64,000 nt of DNA from the human T2T-CHM13v2.0 reference genome, Homo sapiens. This document shows, in pieces, positions 28,890 to 46,070 of this stretch. The number at the start of each line of letters is the position of its first letter. Position 1 is the stretch's first letter. The notes beneath the pieces were generated by a model. It was not told where the DNA came from. It did no database searches and saw nothing but the letters and a program-made list of their open reading frames with translations. The translations under genes were made by a program, and so were the position numbers. The stretch lies in the NCBI RefSeq assembly GCF_009914755.1, contig NC_060926.1, one strand, 5' to 3'.

Positions 28890-29238
28890 CACAAACGTGT
28901 GCCACAAAATGACATTTCAGTCAATGCCAGCCTGCGTACATGATGGTGGTCCCATAAGAATATAATATCGTATTTTTACTATGTCTTTTCTATGTTTAGA
29001 TACACAAACACTTACCATTGTATTACTATTGCCTACATCATTCAGTACGGTAACATACTGTACAGGTTTGTAGCCTAGGAGCAATAGGTGAGATCATATA
29101 GCCTAGGTGCGTAACACTCTATATCATCCAGGTGTGTGTAAGTACACTGTATCATGTTCACACAAAGACGAAATCTCCTGACGACACATTTCTCAGAATA
29201 TATCCTCATATCGTCGTTGTTGAGTGATGCGTGACTGT
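28890..29238 (-). mobile_element. Tigger3a (MER7A-type) DNA transposon
   Basis: Reverse complement of the same consensus as 24853-25214 ('ctgtacaggtttgtagcctaggagcaatagg'). Confidence 0.85.
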
Positions 29239-29298
29239 ATATTTAAAAGACAATGAAAGAAAACCAGAGATTGGAGAACAATACGTGTAAAAACTTAC

Positions 29299-29595
29299 CA
29301 ATACATAAATATTCATCAAAATCGTTCATTAAATTTTGATGGAATTTTAAGTATTGATTGAGAACATGTAATTTTATTATAATAATAACTGCATTGCTTG
29401 TCCTCTCCATAAACACACGCACACAGGAGGAACACTGTCCTTGGTAGTGTAAGAAATGCCTTTGGAGAAAGTAGGGCATTTGGGGAGCTCTCCGTGTCCT
29501 AAGTCTGAAGGCGAGTCTCAAGAGAAGAGCTACAGAGCATTTCCCTGGAGAATGATCTGAGTGCCCAGAGCCTCAGCATCCTGGACAAAAGAATT
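29299..29595 (-). CDS. Candidate 297-nt exon; phase-1 reading (E)FFCPGC* (stop ends 29573), remainder UTR
   Basis: Strong polypyrimidine acceptor ccttttctctatcttctgccatttttcAG and donor TTG|GTAAGT. Confidence 0.5.
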
Positions 29596-29747
29596 CTGAA
29601 AAATGGCAGAAGATAGAGAAAAGGACAACATGAATTAAAAAGTTGTCTTTTCCGCAACATGATATTTTTAAGACAGGTACTGTCTAAATAGAAATAAGTT
29701 TCTGAAACTATCTTTCTAGTACAAATGAGCATTTATGAATACACATA

Positions 29748-30140
29748 CAGATGCTTCTCAACTCACAAATGGGTTACATCCCAATAAACCCGTCATTATC
29801 ATTAAGTCAAAAATGCATTTTTACACCTAACCTACCGAACATCACAGCTTAGCCTAGCGTACCTTAAACATTCTCAGAACACTTACATTAGCCTACAATT
29901 GGGCAAAATCATCTGGCAACACAGTCCACTGTAGAATATTGTCTGTTTACCCTTGTAATCACATGGCTACCTGGGAGCTGTAGCTCACTGCCCCTGCCTA
30001 GTGTCACAAGACGGCATCATACAGCATATCAGTAACTCTGGAAAGAAATCAAAATTCAAAATTTCTACTGAATGTGTATCACTTTCACACCATAAAGCTG
30101 AAAATCATATCTTGAAGCATCATAAGTCAGAGACCGTCTA
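29748..30140 (+). mobile_element. MER47/Tigger5 DNA transposon
   Basis: 'cagatgcttctcaactcac..gggttacatcccaataaaccc...cctaacctaccgaacatcacagcttagcctagc'. Confidence 0.85.
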
Positions 30141-30349
30141 TATGCTACAGAAGTCTCTACCAAAGACACTATACCCATAAAATGAAATTAAACTTTTGTA
30201 AATGGATGCACAGATATAGTAATATGAAAATCTAAATATGGACACACAATATATATTTTACCCTACTCACTATCAGTCTATCTTCCTTTATTCTGTTTTT
30301 CTTCTACTTCATGAGAGTTGCTATCTAAAATTGTGTGTTTATGTGTGTT

Positions 30350-31485
30350 TAGTTTTCTTTGTTTGTATTTTTTATCTCTATCATAAAGTACAAGCTCCAT
30401 GAGGGCAGAAATTTTGTCTTCTACTGTGTTGCCAGCACCTGGAAGAATGTTTAGGCCACATAAGGAGTTCAATAAATATTTTTTCAATGAACAAATAACC
30501 CAAACATTTATACCCTCTTGTGTGGACTATTGCAACAGCCTCCTAGCTTTTTTTCCTGTGTGGCAGAGAGGAGTAAAATTCCATTTTCCAATTCCCTTGA
30601 AGTTAGATTCAAGCCACGTGACTGAATTATGGCCAGTGGTATATGCTCATTTACCATGCACTTCCAGACTCCCTGCTAATCCTCCATTCACTCTTTTTCC
30701 TTCTGCAACAATCTTGAAAGCCATGTGTTGAAACGAGACAGCAGCATCACATGCTGAAAGAAGTTTGAGTCCCTAAAACACAGCGCAGGGTAAAGCCTTG
30801 CCCTACCAACTGTACTGGTCTGTGAAGTAAATTGTTTTGTTGTGTTAAGCCACTGTGATGTGGGCTGCTTGTTAAAACAGTTAGCTTCTTATCAATACAA
30901 TTTTCTTGGTACCCTACAAGCCATCCCTAAAGAGCAACCAAAATGAACATGTTCAAACAGAAATCAGACTATGTCACTTCCCAATAGCTTACTATCACAA
31001 TTAAAATTGGATTTCCTTCTAGGCCTATAAAATCCTGTAGGCAGTCTGATTCCTGTCTACAATGTCAACCTTATTTCATGCCTTTCTCCATTTTATTCTC
31101 TGTAATATACCCAAACAGGTCTTTCTTCTAGTCCTCAAACATGCCAAACCAATTTATTCCCACATCAGTACTTCTGTACCAGCTGTTTCCTCTTCAGGCC
31201 TCAGATTAAATGTCACCCCCTCACAGAGGCCTATCTTCCCTCCTTTAACCTATACTGGTCCCTATTCCTGCCTACTATCTGTAGCTGTCTGTCATATTAC
31301 CGCATTTTATGTTTTATTTTTCTCATAACATTAATCCCACATGCAATTATCATATTTATTTGATTATTTATTGCTTGTTCTTTAACTCAGCATTAAGCCT
31401 CTGACAGGAATAACCTTTATCATCTTACCGCAACACCTAGAATAGTGCCTGAAATGTCATGAATGAATGAATGAGCAAATAAATA
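30350..31485 (+). mobile_element. L2 fragments with an embedded MLT1-type LTR (~30557-30900)
   Basis: L2 3' ends (aagctccatgagggcag...caataaatatt; gaatgaatgaatga) and MLT1 3' motif (tgtgttaagccactg). Confidence 0.65.
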
Positions 31486-32563
31486 TGCTCATCTAAATAT
31501 TAATAGGGGCCTAATCTGTACTAGAGATAAAACACACCTAGTAGATATTTACAGAACATTTCATCCAAAGGCTACAGAATATACATTCTTCTCCTCAGCA
31601 CATGGCTCATTCTCAAGGATAGATCACACGTTATGTCACAAAACAAGCCTTAACACATTCCAAAAAAACTGAAATAGTATTAAGCATCTTCTCTGACCAT
31701 AATGGAATAAAACTAGAAATCAGCAACAAGAGGAATTTTGGAAACTATATGAACACATGGAAAATGAACAATATGCTCCTGAATGACAGTGGGTCAATGA
31801 AGGAATTAAGAAAGAAATTGAAAAATTTCTTGAAACAAATGATAATGGAAACACAACCTGAGAAAATCTATTGAATACAGCAAAAGCAGGGAAATTTATA
31901 GTTATAAGTGCCTACATTAAAAAAAAAACTTCAAATAAATAACTAAACTATGCTAGAAAAGAGCAAACCAAGCTCTAAATTAGTAGAAGAAAAGAAATAA
32001 TAAAGATTAGAGCGGAAATAAATGAAATTGAAATAAAAAAATACAAAACACCAACAGGATAAAAAGTTGGATTTTTGAAGGGATAAACAAAATTGATAAG
32101 CCTTTAGTTAGGTCATACTTACAAAAAAAAATGGGAGAAGACCCAAATAAATAAAATCAGAGATGAAACTGAATATATTACACTGATAGCACAGAAATTC
32201 AAAGGATCATTATTGGCTACTATGGGCAACTATATGCCAATAAATTGGAAAATCTAGAGGAAACGGATAAATTCCTAGACACATATGACCTACCAAGATT
32301 GAACCATGAAGAAATCCAAAAGTGGAATAGAACTAAAAGAAACCAGATGGAAGCCATAATAAAAAGTCTCCCAGTAAACAAAAGCCCAGGACCCAATGGC
32401 TTCGCTGCTGAATTCTATAAAACATTTAAAGAAGAATTAATACCAATTTTGCTCAAACTATTCCAAAAAATTAAAGAGGAGGGAATACTTCCAAACTCAT
32501 TCTGTAAGTCCAGTATTACCCTAATACCAAAACCAGACAAAGACACATCAAAAAAAGAAAACT

Positions 32564-33018
<455 letters not shown>

Positions 33019-36000
33019 TCACAATAAAAAACATTCATCATTACCAAGTGGGATTTATCCCAGGGATGCAAGGATTATTCAACTTAAGCAAATCAAGCAA
33101 TGTGATACATAGTATCAAAAGAATTAAGACAAAAACCATGTGATCATGTCCAATGATGCTGAAAAAGCATTTGATAAAATTCAACATTTCTTCATGATAA
33201 AAACTCTCAAAAAACTGAGTATAGAACATATCTCCACACAACAAAAGGCATATACAACAGATCTGCAGCTAGTATCATACTGAACGGGAAAAACTGAAAG
33301 CCTTTCCTCTAAGATCTGGAACAAGACAAGGATGCCCACTTTCACCACTGTTATTCAACATAAAGTCCTAGCTGGAGTAATTAGACAAGAAAAAGAAATA
33401 AAGGGCATCCAAATTGGAAAGAAAGGAGTCAAATTATCCTGTCTGCAGATGATATAATCTTATATTTGGAAAAATCTAAAGACTCCACAAGAAAACTATT
33501 AGAACTAATAAATTCAATAAAGTTGCAGTATACAAATTCAACATACTAATATCAGTAGCATTCTACATGCCAACAGTGAACACTATGAAAAACAAATTTA
33601 AAAGTACTCCCATTTACCACAGCCAAAAAATATTAAATACCTAGGAAATAACCAAAAAAGTGAAAGATCACTACAATAAAAACTATAAAACACTGATGAA
33701 AGAAATTCAAGAGAACACACAAAAAATAGAAAGATATTCCATATTCATGGACTGGAAGAATCATTATTGTTAAAATGTCCATACTACCCAAAGCAATCTA
33801 TAAATTCTATGCAGTCTATCAAAATACCAATGGCATTATTCACAGAAATAGAAAAAAAAATTCTTAAATTTATATGGAACAACAGAAGACCTAGAATGGC
33901 CAAAGCTATCCTAAGCAAAAAGAACAAAACCGCCTCGAATAAAGGGGAATATATAAAAAAGAAAAACCTGGAGAAATCACATTACCTGACCTTAAATAGT
34001 AACTACAGTTACCATACAGAGCTATAGTAACCAAAACAGGGTAGTACTGGCATAAAAATAGACACATAGACCAATGAAACAGAATAGAGAACCCAGAAAC
34101 AAATCCACACACCTGCAATTAACTCATTTTCAACAAAGATGCCAAGAGCATACACTGAGGAAAAGGCAGTGTCTTCAATAAATGGTGCTGGGAAAACTGG
34201 ATATCCTTATGTAGAAGAATGAAACTAGACCTCTATCTCTCACCATATATAAAAATCAAATCAAAATGAATAAAAGACTTAAATGTAAGACCTCAAACTA
34301 TGAAACTACTATAAGACAACATTGGAGACAATCTCCAGGACACTGGTCTGGGCAAAAATTTCTTGAGTAATCCCACACAAGCACAGGTAACGAAAGCAAA
34401 AATGGACAAAGGGAGTCACATTAAGGTAAGAAGCTTCTGAAGCACAGTCAACTAAGTGAAGAGACAGCCCACAGAACGGGAGAAAATTTTTGCAAACTAC
34501 CCATCTAACAAGGGATTAATAACAAGAATATATAAGGAGCTCAAACAACTCTATAGGAAAAAAATTTAATAATCTGATTTTAAAAATGAGCAAGAGATTT
34601 GAGTAGACCTTTCTAAAAAGGAAGACATACAAATGGCAAACAGCCATATGAAAAGGTGCTCAACATCATTAATCATCAGAGAAATGCAAATCAAAGCTAC
34701 AATGAGATATCATCTCACCCAAGTTAAAATGGCTTATATCCAGAAGATGCAACAACAAATGTTGGCAAGGATGTGGAGAAAAGGGAACCCTCCTACACTC
34801 CTACATTCTCACTCTTGGTGGGAATGTAAATTAGTACAACCACTGGGGAGAACAGTTTGGGGGTTCCTCAAAAAACTAAACATAGAGCTACCATATGATC
34901 CAGCAACCCCACTGCTGGGTATGTACCCAAAAGAAAGGAGATCAGTATATCAAAGAGATATCTGCATATCCATTGTTTGTTGCCATACTGTTCACAACAG
35001 CTAAGATTTGGAAGCAACCTAAATGTCCATCAACAGATGAATGGATCAAGAAAATGTTGCTTATATGCAATGGAATATTATTTAGCCATTAAAAAAAAAG
35101 AATGAGATCCTGTCATTGCAACAACCTAGATTGGAAGTGAAGGTCATTATGTTAAATGAAATAAGCCAGGCACAGAAAGACAAACGTCACATGTTCTCAC
35201 TTATTTGTGGGATCTAAAAATCAAAACAATTGAATTCATGGGGATGGAGAGTACAAGGATGGTTGGCAGAGGCTGGGAAGGAGAGTGGAATGTGGGGAGG
35301 AGGTGGGAATGGTTAAGGGGTACAAAAAAATAGAAGAATGAATAATACCTAGTATTTGATAGCACAATAGGGTAAATATAGCCAAAATAATTTAATTGTG
35401 CATTTTAGAATAACTAAAAGAGTGTAATTGGACTGTTCATAACACAAAGGATAAATGTCTGAGGGGATGGATACCCCATTTTCCATAATGCAATTAGTAG
35501 GCATTGCATGCCTGTATCAAAACATCTCATGTACCGCATAAATATGTTCACCTATGTAACCACAAAGATAAAAAATAAATATTGGAAAATAAATATTGAT
35601 AGGTGTGTAAGTCTAAAAAAAAGCCAAAATGTTAATAATTGGGTGTGATATTATGTTAAATCTTTTATTTATTGATATTTTCCAACTTTCTAAATTTTTG
35701 GCAATGAGCATAAAATACTTTTAAAATCAATTAAAAGAATTTATTTGTAAAAACCTTTATGTCTTATGTAATTTTCTAAACTGACACCTACAGAAAGCGG
35801 CTGTGTTTCAAGAGTAGAAAGGAAAGGGATTTTACAGTCCCATCAAGAGTGTAAAAGTGTTCCTATGTCTCCACATCCTCTCCAGCACCTGTTGTTTCCT
35901 GACATTTTAATGATCGCCATTCTAAATGGTATGAGATGGTATCTCATTGTGGTTTTGATTTGCATTTCTCTGATGGCCTGTGATGAGCATTTTTTCATGT

Positions 36001-36266
36001 GTCTATTGGCTGCACAAATGTCTTCTTTTCAGAAGCGTCTGTTCATATCCTTCGTAAACTCATTCAACCATTGTGGAAGACAGTGTGGCGATTCCTCAGG
36101 TATCTAGAACTAGAAATACCATTTGACCCAGCCATCCCATTACTGGGTATATATCCAAAGGATTATAAATCATGCTGCTATAAAGACACATGCACACGTA
36201 TGTTTACTGCGGCACTATTCACAATAGCAAAGACTTCGAACCAACCCAAATGTCCATCAGTGATAG

Positions 36267-38441
<2,175 letters not shown>

Positions 38442-38817
38442 AAGAAAATGTGGCACATATACACCATGGAATACTATGCAGCCATGAAAAGGATGAGTTC
38501 ATGTCCTTTGTAGGGACATGGATGAAGCTGGAAACTATCATTCTCAGCAAACTATCACAAGGACAAAAAACCAAACACTGCATGTTCTCACTCATAGGTG
38601 GGAAATGAACAATGAGAACACTTGGACACAGGAAGGGGAACATCACACAATGGGGCCTGTCGTGGGGTGGGGGGAGTGGGGAGGGATAGCATTAGGAGAT
38701 ATACCTAATATAAATGACGAGTTAATGAGTGCAGCGCACCAACATGGCACATGTATACATATGTAACAAACCTGTACATTGTGTACATGTGCCCTAGAAC
38801 TTAGAGTATAATAAAAA

Positions 38818-38870
38818 ATATATATATTATATATATATAATGTATATTATATATATTTTATATATATATA
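38818..38870. repeat. Imperfect (TA)n microsatellite in the L1 tail
   Basis: Direct reading. Confidence 0.9.
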
Positions 38871-40362
38871 AAAGAAACGAAAGGGATTTTGGAATCAGAA
38901 AAACTAGGCAATGAAGGAAATTGGTTTCCTCTTAGCAGGTTGGCCTGATATTGCAGATAGCAGAATTCCTGTTGAGTCTGGGATTGAGTTATAAGTGATG
39001 TGAAGACATAACCTTTATTTATCAATGAGATAGAGTTGAGGAGTGGGTCTCAGTTAACCTAAGATGGACAGGGGAAGCTCTGGATCCGGGAACATAACTT
39101 TTATAACTTATTGAATTGTTTGTAATAGTTGGCTTTTTAAGTTCTTTGAATCTAGAAAAGTGAAGAACTTGTTTCTGCCACTTGAGGATCCGAGTAGTCT
39201 TCACTGAGATTTCTGAGAACTTTTGGTTTACAATACCAAAATATTTAGTTATTTCTAAAATAAAATGTACATTTTATTTTTTATTTCAAAGATACATTAG
39301 TTTAAAATGTTAATATAAAGTAAAAAGGTAATTAATATGTATTTCAATATACACTAATGCCTGTGCATGTCTACTGAAAAACAGAACGAAGTACTCTCAG
39401 ATGTTTAAGCTTACTGTAATTAGTAAGTTTGAATTTAAAAGATGAAAATTAAAAGTTAGTCTGTACATTGAAGCATAAAAAAATGAAGAGACAGAGGGAC
39501 CAAAAGGGAGCATAAAATCTAGTGATAGAATAAGTCGTAACAGACCAAACTTATCTATAAGTGAAAAGAGAAAGAACAAAATAACCTTAATTGACATAGA
39601 GATAATATGCCAAACAAATTATAGATTGTGAGAGGAGAGAATAAGGGAGTATGATATTCTTTCAGAAAAAAACACAGGGCCTGTATGAAAGCCTACAAAA
39701 CTTTAAAAATCTGTGTGGGATGCAGAATTAGTCTTTAATGTGCAGAAGTGTCCCATGCATGGCAAGATATTCAGCATCCTTGGCTCCCACACACAAAATG
39801 TGCAAGCACCCTTTGTCATAGTGACACTCTCAAACTCTATCGGATCTAATCTTCCCTTTTTATAACAAACGTCATCTAATGCCCTCATTATTCTCCTGTA
39901 ACAAAAGTCATAGATCACATATAAGCTCTTACACATATGAATTTTTAAAATTCAATACAGTATCTACATCCAAGGTTTAATATAAAGGAGAAACAACAGG
40001 AAAGTAATTTATAATAAAGTATTACATATTTTTATATGTAAATGCCTGAGCATGGCTTTGCTGGAAGCCATCAAGATCTAATCTAATATTTACTCCTACA
40101 TTAATGAGTAAATCTAAATTTAAGAGGTCACTTGTAGGGGTATAGGAAAATGAAAGAACAAGGATAAAGATGTGCACTCAAATGAAAACTTATGTCAGGA
40201 TACGTCATAATTGAGTGTACTTATTTACATATGACGAAAGCAAAATGACCTTAATTTAAAAGGGAATAACAGGCCAAAACAAATGACAGATTGTCAAAGT
40301 AGAAATATAAGTAGTATAGTATTTTTGCAGAAAAGCTACACAACGTATATAAAAATGTCTAG

Positions 40363-40610
<248 letters not shown>

Positions 40611-41544
40611 TTAAGAAATGTATACAATTGAAGCTAATTCCTTGTCCTTTGGAATTATCTCATACACTACTGTTTTTAACAGTCCTTGGATCCACACACC
40701 AAGTGCTATATAGCAACCCACATCATTACAACAATCTAAAACACTCTCACAAATTTCCAAAACAGCCCTGGTTAGAACCACTGATCTAGTCACTTGCTAT
40801 CATCCTCAGATTAAACATACATAATTAATTCCTTAAGAACAGTTTATAAGGACTGGCTTAAATTCCACCCCACCCCAAACCCCTCTCAGTTCAACTCCCT
40901 TGACATACCTGTAATTGGCTTTTCAAAGCCTCAGTCCCAATTAGGATGGAAACTCAATGAGGAAAGCAACTCACTATATTGTTCCCTGTGCCATATCCAA
41001 TGCCTAGCACAGGGCATGACACGTAACATGTTAGATAATTTTCTTGAATTGATTAAATTCATATTATTTACCTTAACAGTACAGTTGCACTTGTTCTTCT
41101 TTAAGCCAAATTTAGACTAATTAAAATAAATATTTTTAATAATGCCAAGAAAGAGCAAAGCATAAAAAAACAGACTTTACAGCTAGAAAAAAAGTGAAAC
41201 AGAACACTTAGCTGGTAACTTGCAAAACTACTATAAAGAAGACCTAGGGTAGGTCAGTTATTAAAATGTTTACAGGTTTTTGAGGAGACTGTTTTCATCC
41301 ATTTTGCAAAATAAAAAATTCATAAAAACACTGACAAGCAAAGAGATAATTATAATTTATTTAGAATTATTTAGAAGTAAACATAGTCTTTTTAAAACTT
41401 GAAAAATTCTGAATACCAACAAAATAACAACAAAAAAAAAATCTTAAAATGCCTTACATAAGTGGAAAGTCACCAGCTCCAAGCTACACCTCCATCTGGC
41501 CACCAGTTGTCTAATACGAGTAGATGGTAGTGACCTGGCTCTGT

Positions 41545-42390
41545 TACATTGTTATTAATTAAATTTGTATATTATCATTAACTAAAGTTCATACTTTTTT
41601 CAGATTTTAGCTTTCCTTTCCATTAGGTAAGCCACCTGGTTACGATAGTGTTTGTCATGTTTCTCCACTGGAAAGTTACTCCCCACTTCTCCACCCTTTC
41701 CTTGATTTATTCTTGGGAAAGAAGTCACCATGCACAGCCCACACTTACGGGGTGAGGTGTTATCCTTAACGACAAATTGCTTGGATTCTCTTGCCTGGGA
41801 GATTTTTCAATTATCCCTATTTGTTTATATCAGTATAAACTTATGGATATTTATTTTATACCTTGGAGTATAACCCAATATTACTTCATTTTGTTGCTCA
41901 ATTGTTTCAGCTTTGGCATTTGGGAGCTCTTTTCAGTTGCCTCTTGTGCCCCTTTGAGACGCTTTCATCAATGTGGTTTTGTTTTTTGTTTGTTTGATTT
42001 TGTTTTGTTTTTTGAACTTTTCTTACTTTCTGGTACTACAAGTTGGCCCAGGCTCATCTTATATACTCCTTTTTCAACCTGGAATCAGTCATTTCTCCAA
42101 GAAGCCCTAGTTTTTATTGGAGAATGGTACTAGAAAGCAAGATCTGGTTACTGGGTGTGCTCATTACTGTGAGGGTGTCATTGCTTCTACATTCTCCTAG
42201 CTAACAGAGCAAGGAAATATATGTGTGCCTACCAAACCATGCATATACACATATTTATAAATATGTGTCCATATGTATCTATATAAAGAAAAACAGTTTG
42301 TTCTAATGTCTCCAACTCTAATTCATTACTACCTGTTTCATTCTAGCTTTCGCCCATTGCTTGTCTGTAGCCTCCCACTCCAACAGCAAA
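41545..42390 (-). mobile_element. Old L1 (L1MC/MD-like) 3' UTR fragment
   Basis: 'ggaatcagtcatttctccaagaagccctagtttttattggagaatggtactagaaagcaagatctgg'. Confidence 0.7.
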
Positions 42391-42819
42391 TGTCTACTAG
42401 CCACTTATGTAAGTGTTCCATTCTCTATAGTCATCCCACTGACTAAGTTTATATTAATGTGCCCCGATTTCACTTGTCAGCCAGAACCTAGAGTAAGTCA
42501 ATGTTTTCATGTAAGAATGGTGGTAATCACCACAGAGGATCTCATTTAAATTAGCAAATTGCCATTTTCCAAAATATCTCTGAAGATAGCAAACTGACAC
42601 ATCAAGCTGCTAATTATTCTTCCCAGCTTTAAGTATTAGTTTCAGATACTTGGAAAGAGATAAGGAAATATGATACTTCTGTGTGCCTCCATTTTTCCTG
42701 CCACCACAGTACAATCATTTCACATTTTTTAAAAGAAATCTTTGAAAATTTTTCATCTTTTACACTATTGTAGGCTCACTGCTATTGTATAAAGTTAATC
42801 TCTTTAAAAATAGTAACAT

Positions 42820-43030
42820 TCCTTTACTGAGGATATTCTATTGGCCAGATGCTGTTGAAATGCTTTATATTCATTATGTTACAATCCTCTCACCATACCC
42901 ACAAAGTAAATTATGCCATCCCTGTCTTAGAGATGAGTGAAATGAAGCTGAGAAATTAAATAATTTATTCAAGGTCAAACAGTTAGTAAAAAGCAAAACA
43001 GGGAGCTCGTATTTTAAAGGCTACACTCTT
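42820..43030 (-). mobile_element. MIR
   Basis: Core 'agatgagtgaaatgaagctgaga...aaggtcaaacagttagtaaa'. Confidence 0.7.
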
Positions 43031-43130
43031 TCCCCCACGGCAGGCAGAGCTCTACAAAGAGTGTTCTGGGAAATCAATGTCCATATATGCATACCTAATT
43101 CCTATTTGTATAAGCAAAGAGACAAATTTA

Positions 43131-43529
43131 TTTAGTTTTATAATTTTAACTTTTATTTTAGATTCAAGGGGTACATGTGCAGGTTTGTTACCTGGGTATA
43201 TTGCACGATGTTCAGGCTTGGGGTACATTTGATCCTCTCGCCCAGGTAGTGAGCATAGTACCCTGTAGTTAGCTTTTAAATCCTTGCCCTCCTTTCTCCC
43301 TAGACCCTCTACTGGTCCCTAGCGTTCATTGTTCTCATCTTTATGTCCATGAGTACCCAATGTTTAGCTCCCACTTGTAAGTAAGAACACGAAGTATTTG
43401 GTTTTCTTTTCCTGCATTAATTAGCTTAGGATAATGGCTTTCAGTTCCATCCATGTTGCTGGAAAGGACATGATTTCATTCTTTTTTTATGGCTGTATAG
43501 TATTCAGTGGTGTTCATGTACCACATCTT
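43131..43529 (-). mobile_element. L1PA15/16-like 3' end
   Basis: Reverse L1 3'UTR; 17-bp TSD GCAAAGAGACAAATTTA at 43114-43130 and 43530-43546. Confidence 0.92.
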
Positions 43530-43740
43530 GCAAAGAGACAAATTTAGAATTAAAAAACAAAACAAAAAACTAACATGTTCACTTTTTCCCTAATTTTACA
43601 CGGGACTTAGTGCAAGGAATAAGCTCAGGTCTCAGAAAGAAAGTAACCATATCAGTATTCATCTTGGTCATCTCTAATTTGAAATGGAAAATAAATCTAG
43701 CAACATAATATAAAGGTTCCTACTAAAGGTAGAGACTTCA

Positions 43741-44101
43741 TGATATGGTTTGGCTGTATCCCCACCCAAATCTCATCTTGAATTGTAGCTCCCATAATCT
43801 CCACGTGATGTGGGAGGGACCTAGTGGGAGGTAACTGAATCATGGGGGTGGGTCTTTCCCATGCTATTCTCATGGTAGTGAATACGTCTCATGAGATCTG
43901 ATGGTTTTATAAAGGGGAGTTCCCCTTGCATGCTCTTGCCTGCCACCATGTAAGACACGACTTTGCTCCTCACTCACCTTACACCATGATTGTAAGGCCT
44001 CCCCAGCCATGTGGAAGTGTGAGTCAATTAAACGTCTTTCCTTTATAAATTAGCCAGTCTCAGGTATGGCTTTATTAGCAGCGTGAGAACAGACTAATAC
44101 A
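43741..44101 (+). mobile_element. THE1B-like solo LTR
   Basis: tgatatggtttggctg...gactaataca; TSD CTTCA at 43736-43740 and 44102-44106. Confidence 0.93.
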
Positions 44102-45122
44102 CTTCATAATCCATTAACAATTTTTATAGTATTCTTTCTGAAAAGATCTACAAGAGAATATGAATAGTTGAAGAATGATTTAAAAGTACAAATAATTCAG
44201 ACAGAGGGTTTCTTGAAAAATTAATACTTGTGAATAGTACAAGCTAATTTTAATTTCCTTGCTTTTTTATCCCTTGACAAATGACTGTGTTTTGTTTGGG
44301 CCAAAGCAAAATATAAAGTCTTTACATCAGTTAAAATTGTTTCTCTTCATACATTTAGCCTGAACGATCTCATTCTTCTGAAAAATTGGGAGGAGGAAGG
44401 AGAAAAACCCATAAGCTATACAACATGAATCCTTCTCTAAATTAATTCAAAAAACTTTTTAAATTTTATCTTATGAACAAAGAATTTGAAAATAAATTGG
44501 CTTTCATGCTACAACTGGATTTTTCCTTGTTATGAGGAAGAAAAAGAAAGGAGATGCAACCTTAGATGAAGAAGACGTTATCTGTCTACCTGGATGTAGT
44601 GAGAGGGCTGGTATCTATTTAGAAGCCCACTGCTTGTTCATATCTATAATTGGGAAGAAAGCCTTTGCCAAATAAACTCATACTCTTGGGTCTTTTTTCA
44701 CTATGCCAATCATGACTAAATCTCCAAATTAAAATATCTAATCTGGGGTTTTTAAAAAAGCATTTTTTAGGCATGCATAAATAAGCCACATTTAAAATTG
44801 GGTGATTCTAAAAGATCACATGAAAAGAACCTCATAATAGAAGATTCAGTGAGCCACATGAACCAAAATTCTGGGATTCCCATACCATTTAAAGAGCTCA
44901 GCCTCTTCTCTGATTGTACTAGACTCTTGAAGGGGGATGAACAGGGGCAAAATTTAAAGAGTATTCACTGCAGGCAGTAATTTACAGTAAATTAAATAAT
45001 ATTCACACTGAAAAGAAGAGTCTGGCTAGATAAAAGAGAAAAATAGTAGCAAGCATAGGTGGAGATTATGTAAATTAGAAAAATTAAACAAAAGTTTTTC
45101 AGATATAAAGATAACTAATCAC

Positions 45123-45155
45123 CTGTGTAAACATCTTGAGCTGTAGCAGCACCAG
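45123..45155 (-). CDS. Candidate 33-nt symmetric exon; phase 1 reads (A)GAATAQDVYT, phase 0 reads LVLLQLKMFTQ
   Basis: Minus strand: cactgac branch-like site, tttttctttttcctttaattttaAG acceptor, CAG|GTGATT donor, length divisible by 3, no stop in either reading. Confidence 0.6.
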
Positions 45156-45310
45156 CTTAAAATTAAAGGAAAAAGAAAAAAGCTTATTGTCAGTGAGCAC
45201 TAAATAATTGTTGACATTGCTTCATTATGATTCCTGTTCATCTGCTATTTACCAAAATTTTTCATTGCTGAGTACAGCCTAGAATAGTGTTTTTCAGAAA
45301 GGCCTGATAT

Positions 45311-45458
45311 CTGTGCTGTCCAATAAGGTAGCCACTATCCATATGAGGTTACCAAGCCTTTTGCAATGTAGCTATTGTAATACAGAAACTAAATTTCAAA
45401 TTTCAATTAATTTAAATGGTCACATGTGGCTAGTGGCTACAGTATTGAATAATGCCAG
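45311..45458. mobile_element. MER3-type hAT element
   Basis: Inverted termini gctgtccaataaggtagccact...agtggctacagtattgaa. Confidence 0.8.
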
Positions 45459-45722
45459 TCTGTAAACTAACTCTAGTTTTATTTTCTAGGGATAAGACAA
45501 ACATATGTTCACTACTAAACTCTCAGTTACAAGAAAGACCAACACCTTTTTATTAGTAACATAGATGAATATAAATAACCCAGCCTTACTAGATTAATTC
45601 ATTTTCCCTTCCTTCAATAAATATTTATTGGGCACCTACTGTGTAAGTTGATGGCTGGATACCCAGAAAATTATATTTAAAGGAGTTAAAATACTCACTA
45701 AGGTTAAATTTTAAAATATGTT

Positions 45723-46070
<348 letters not shown>

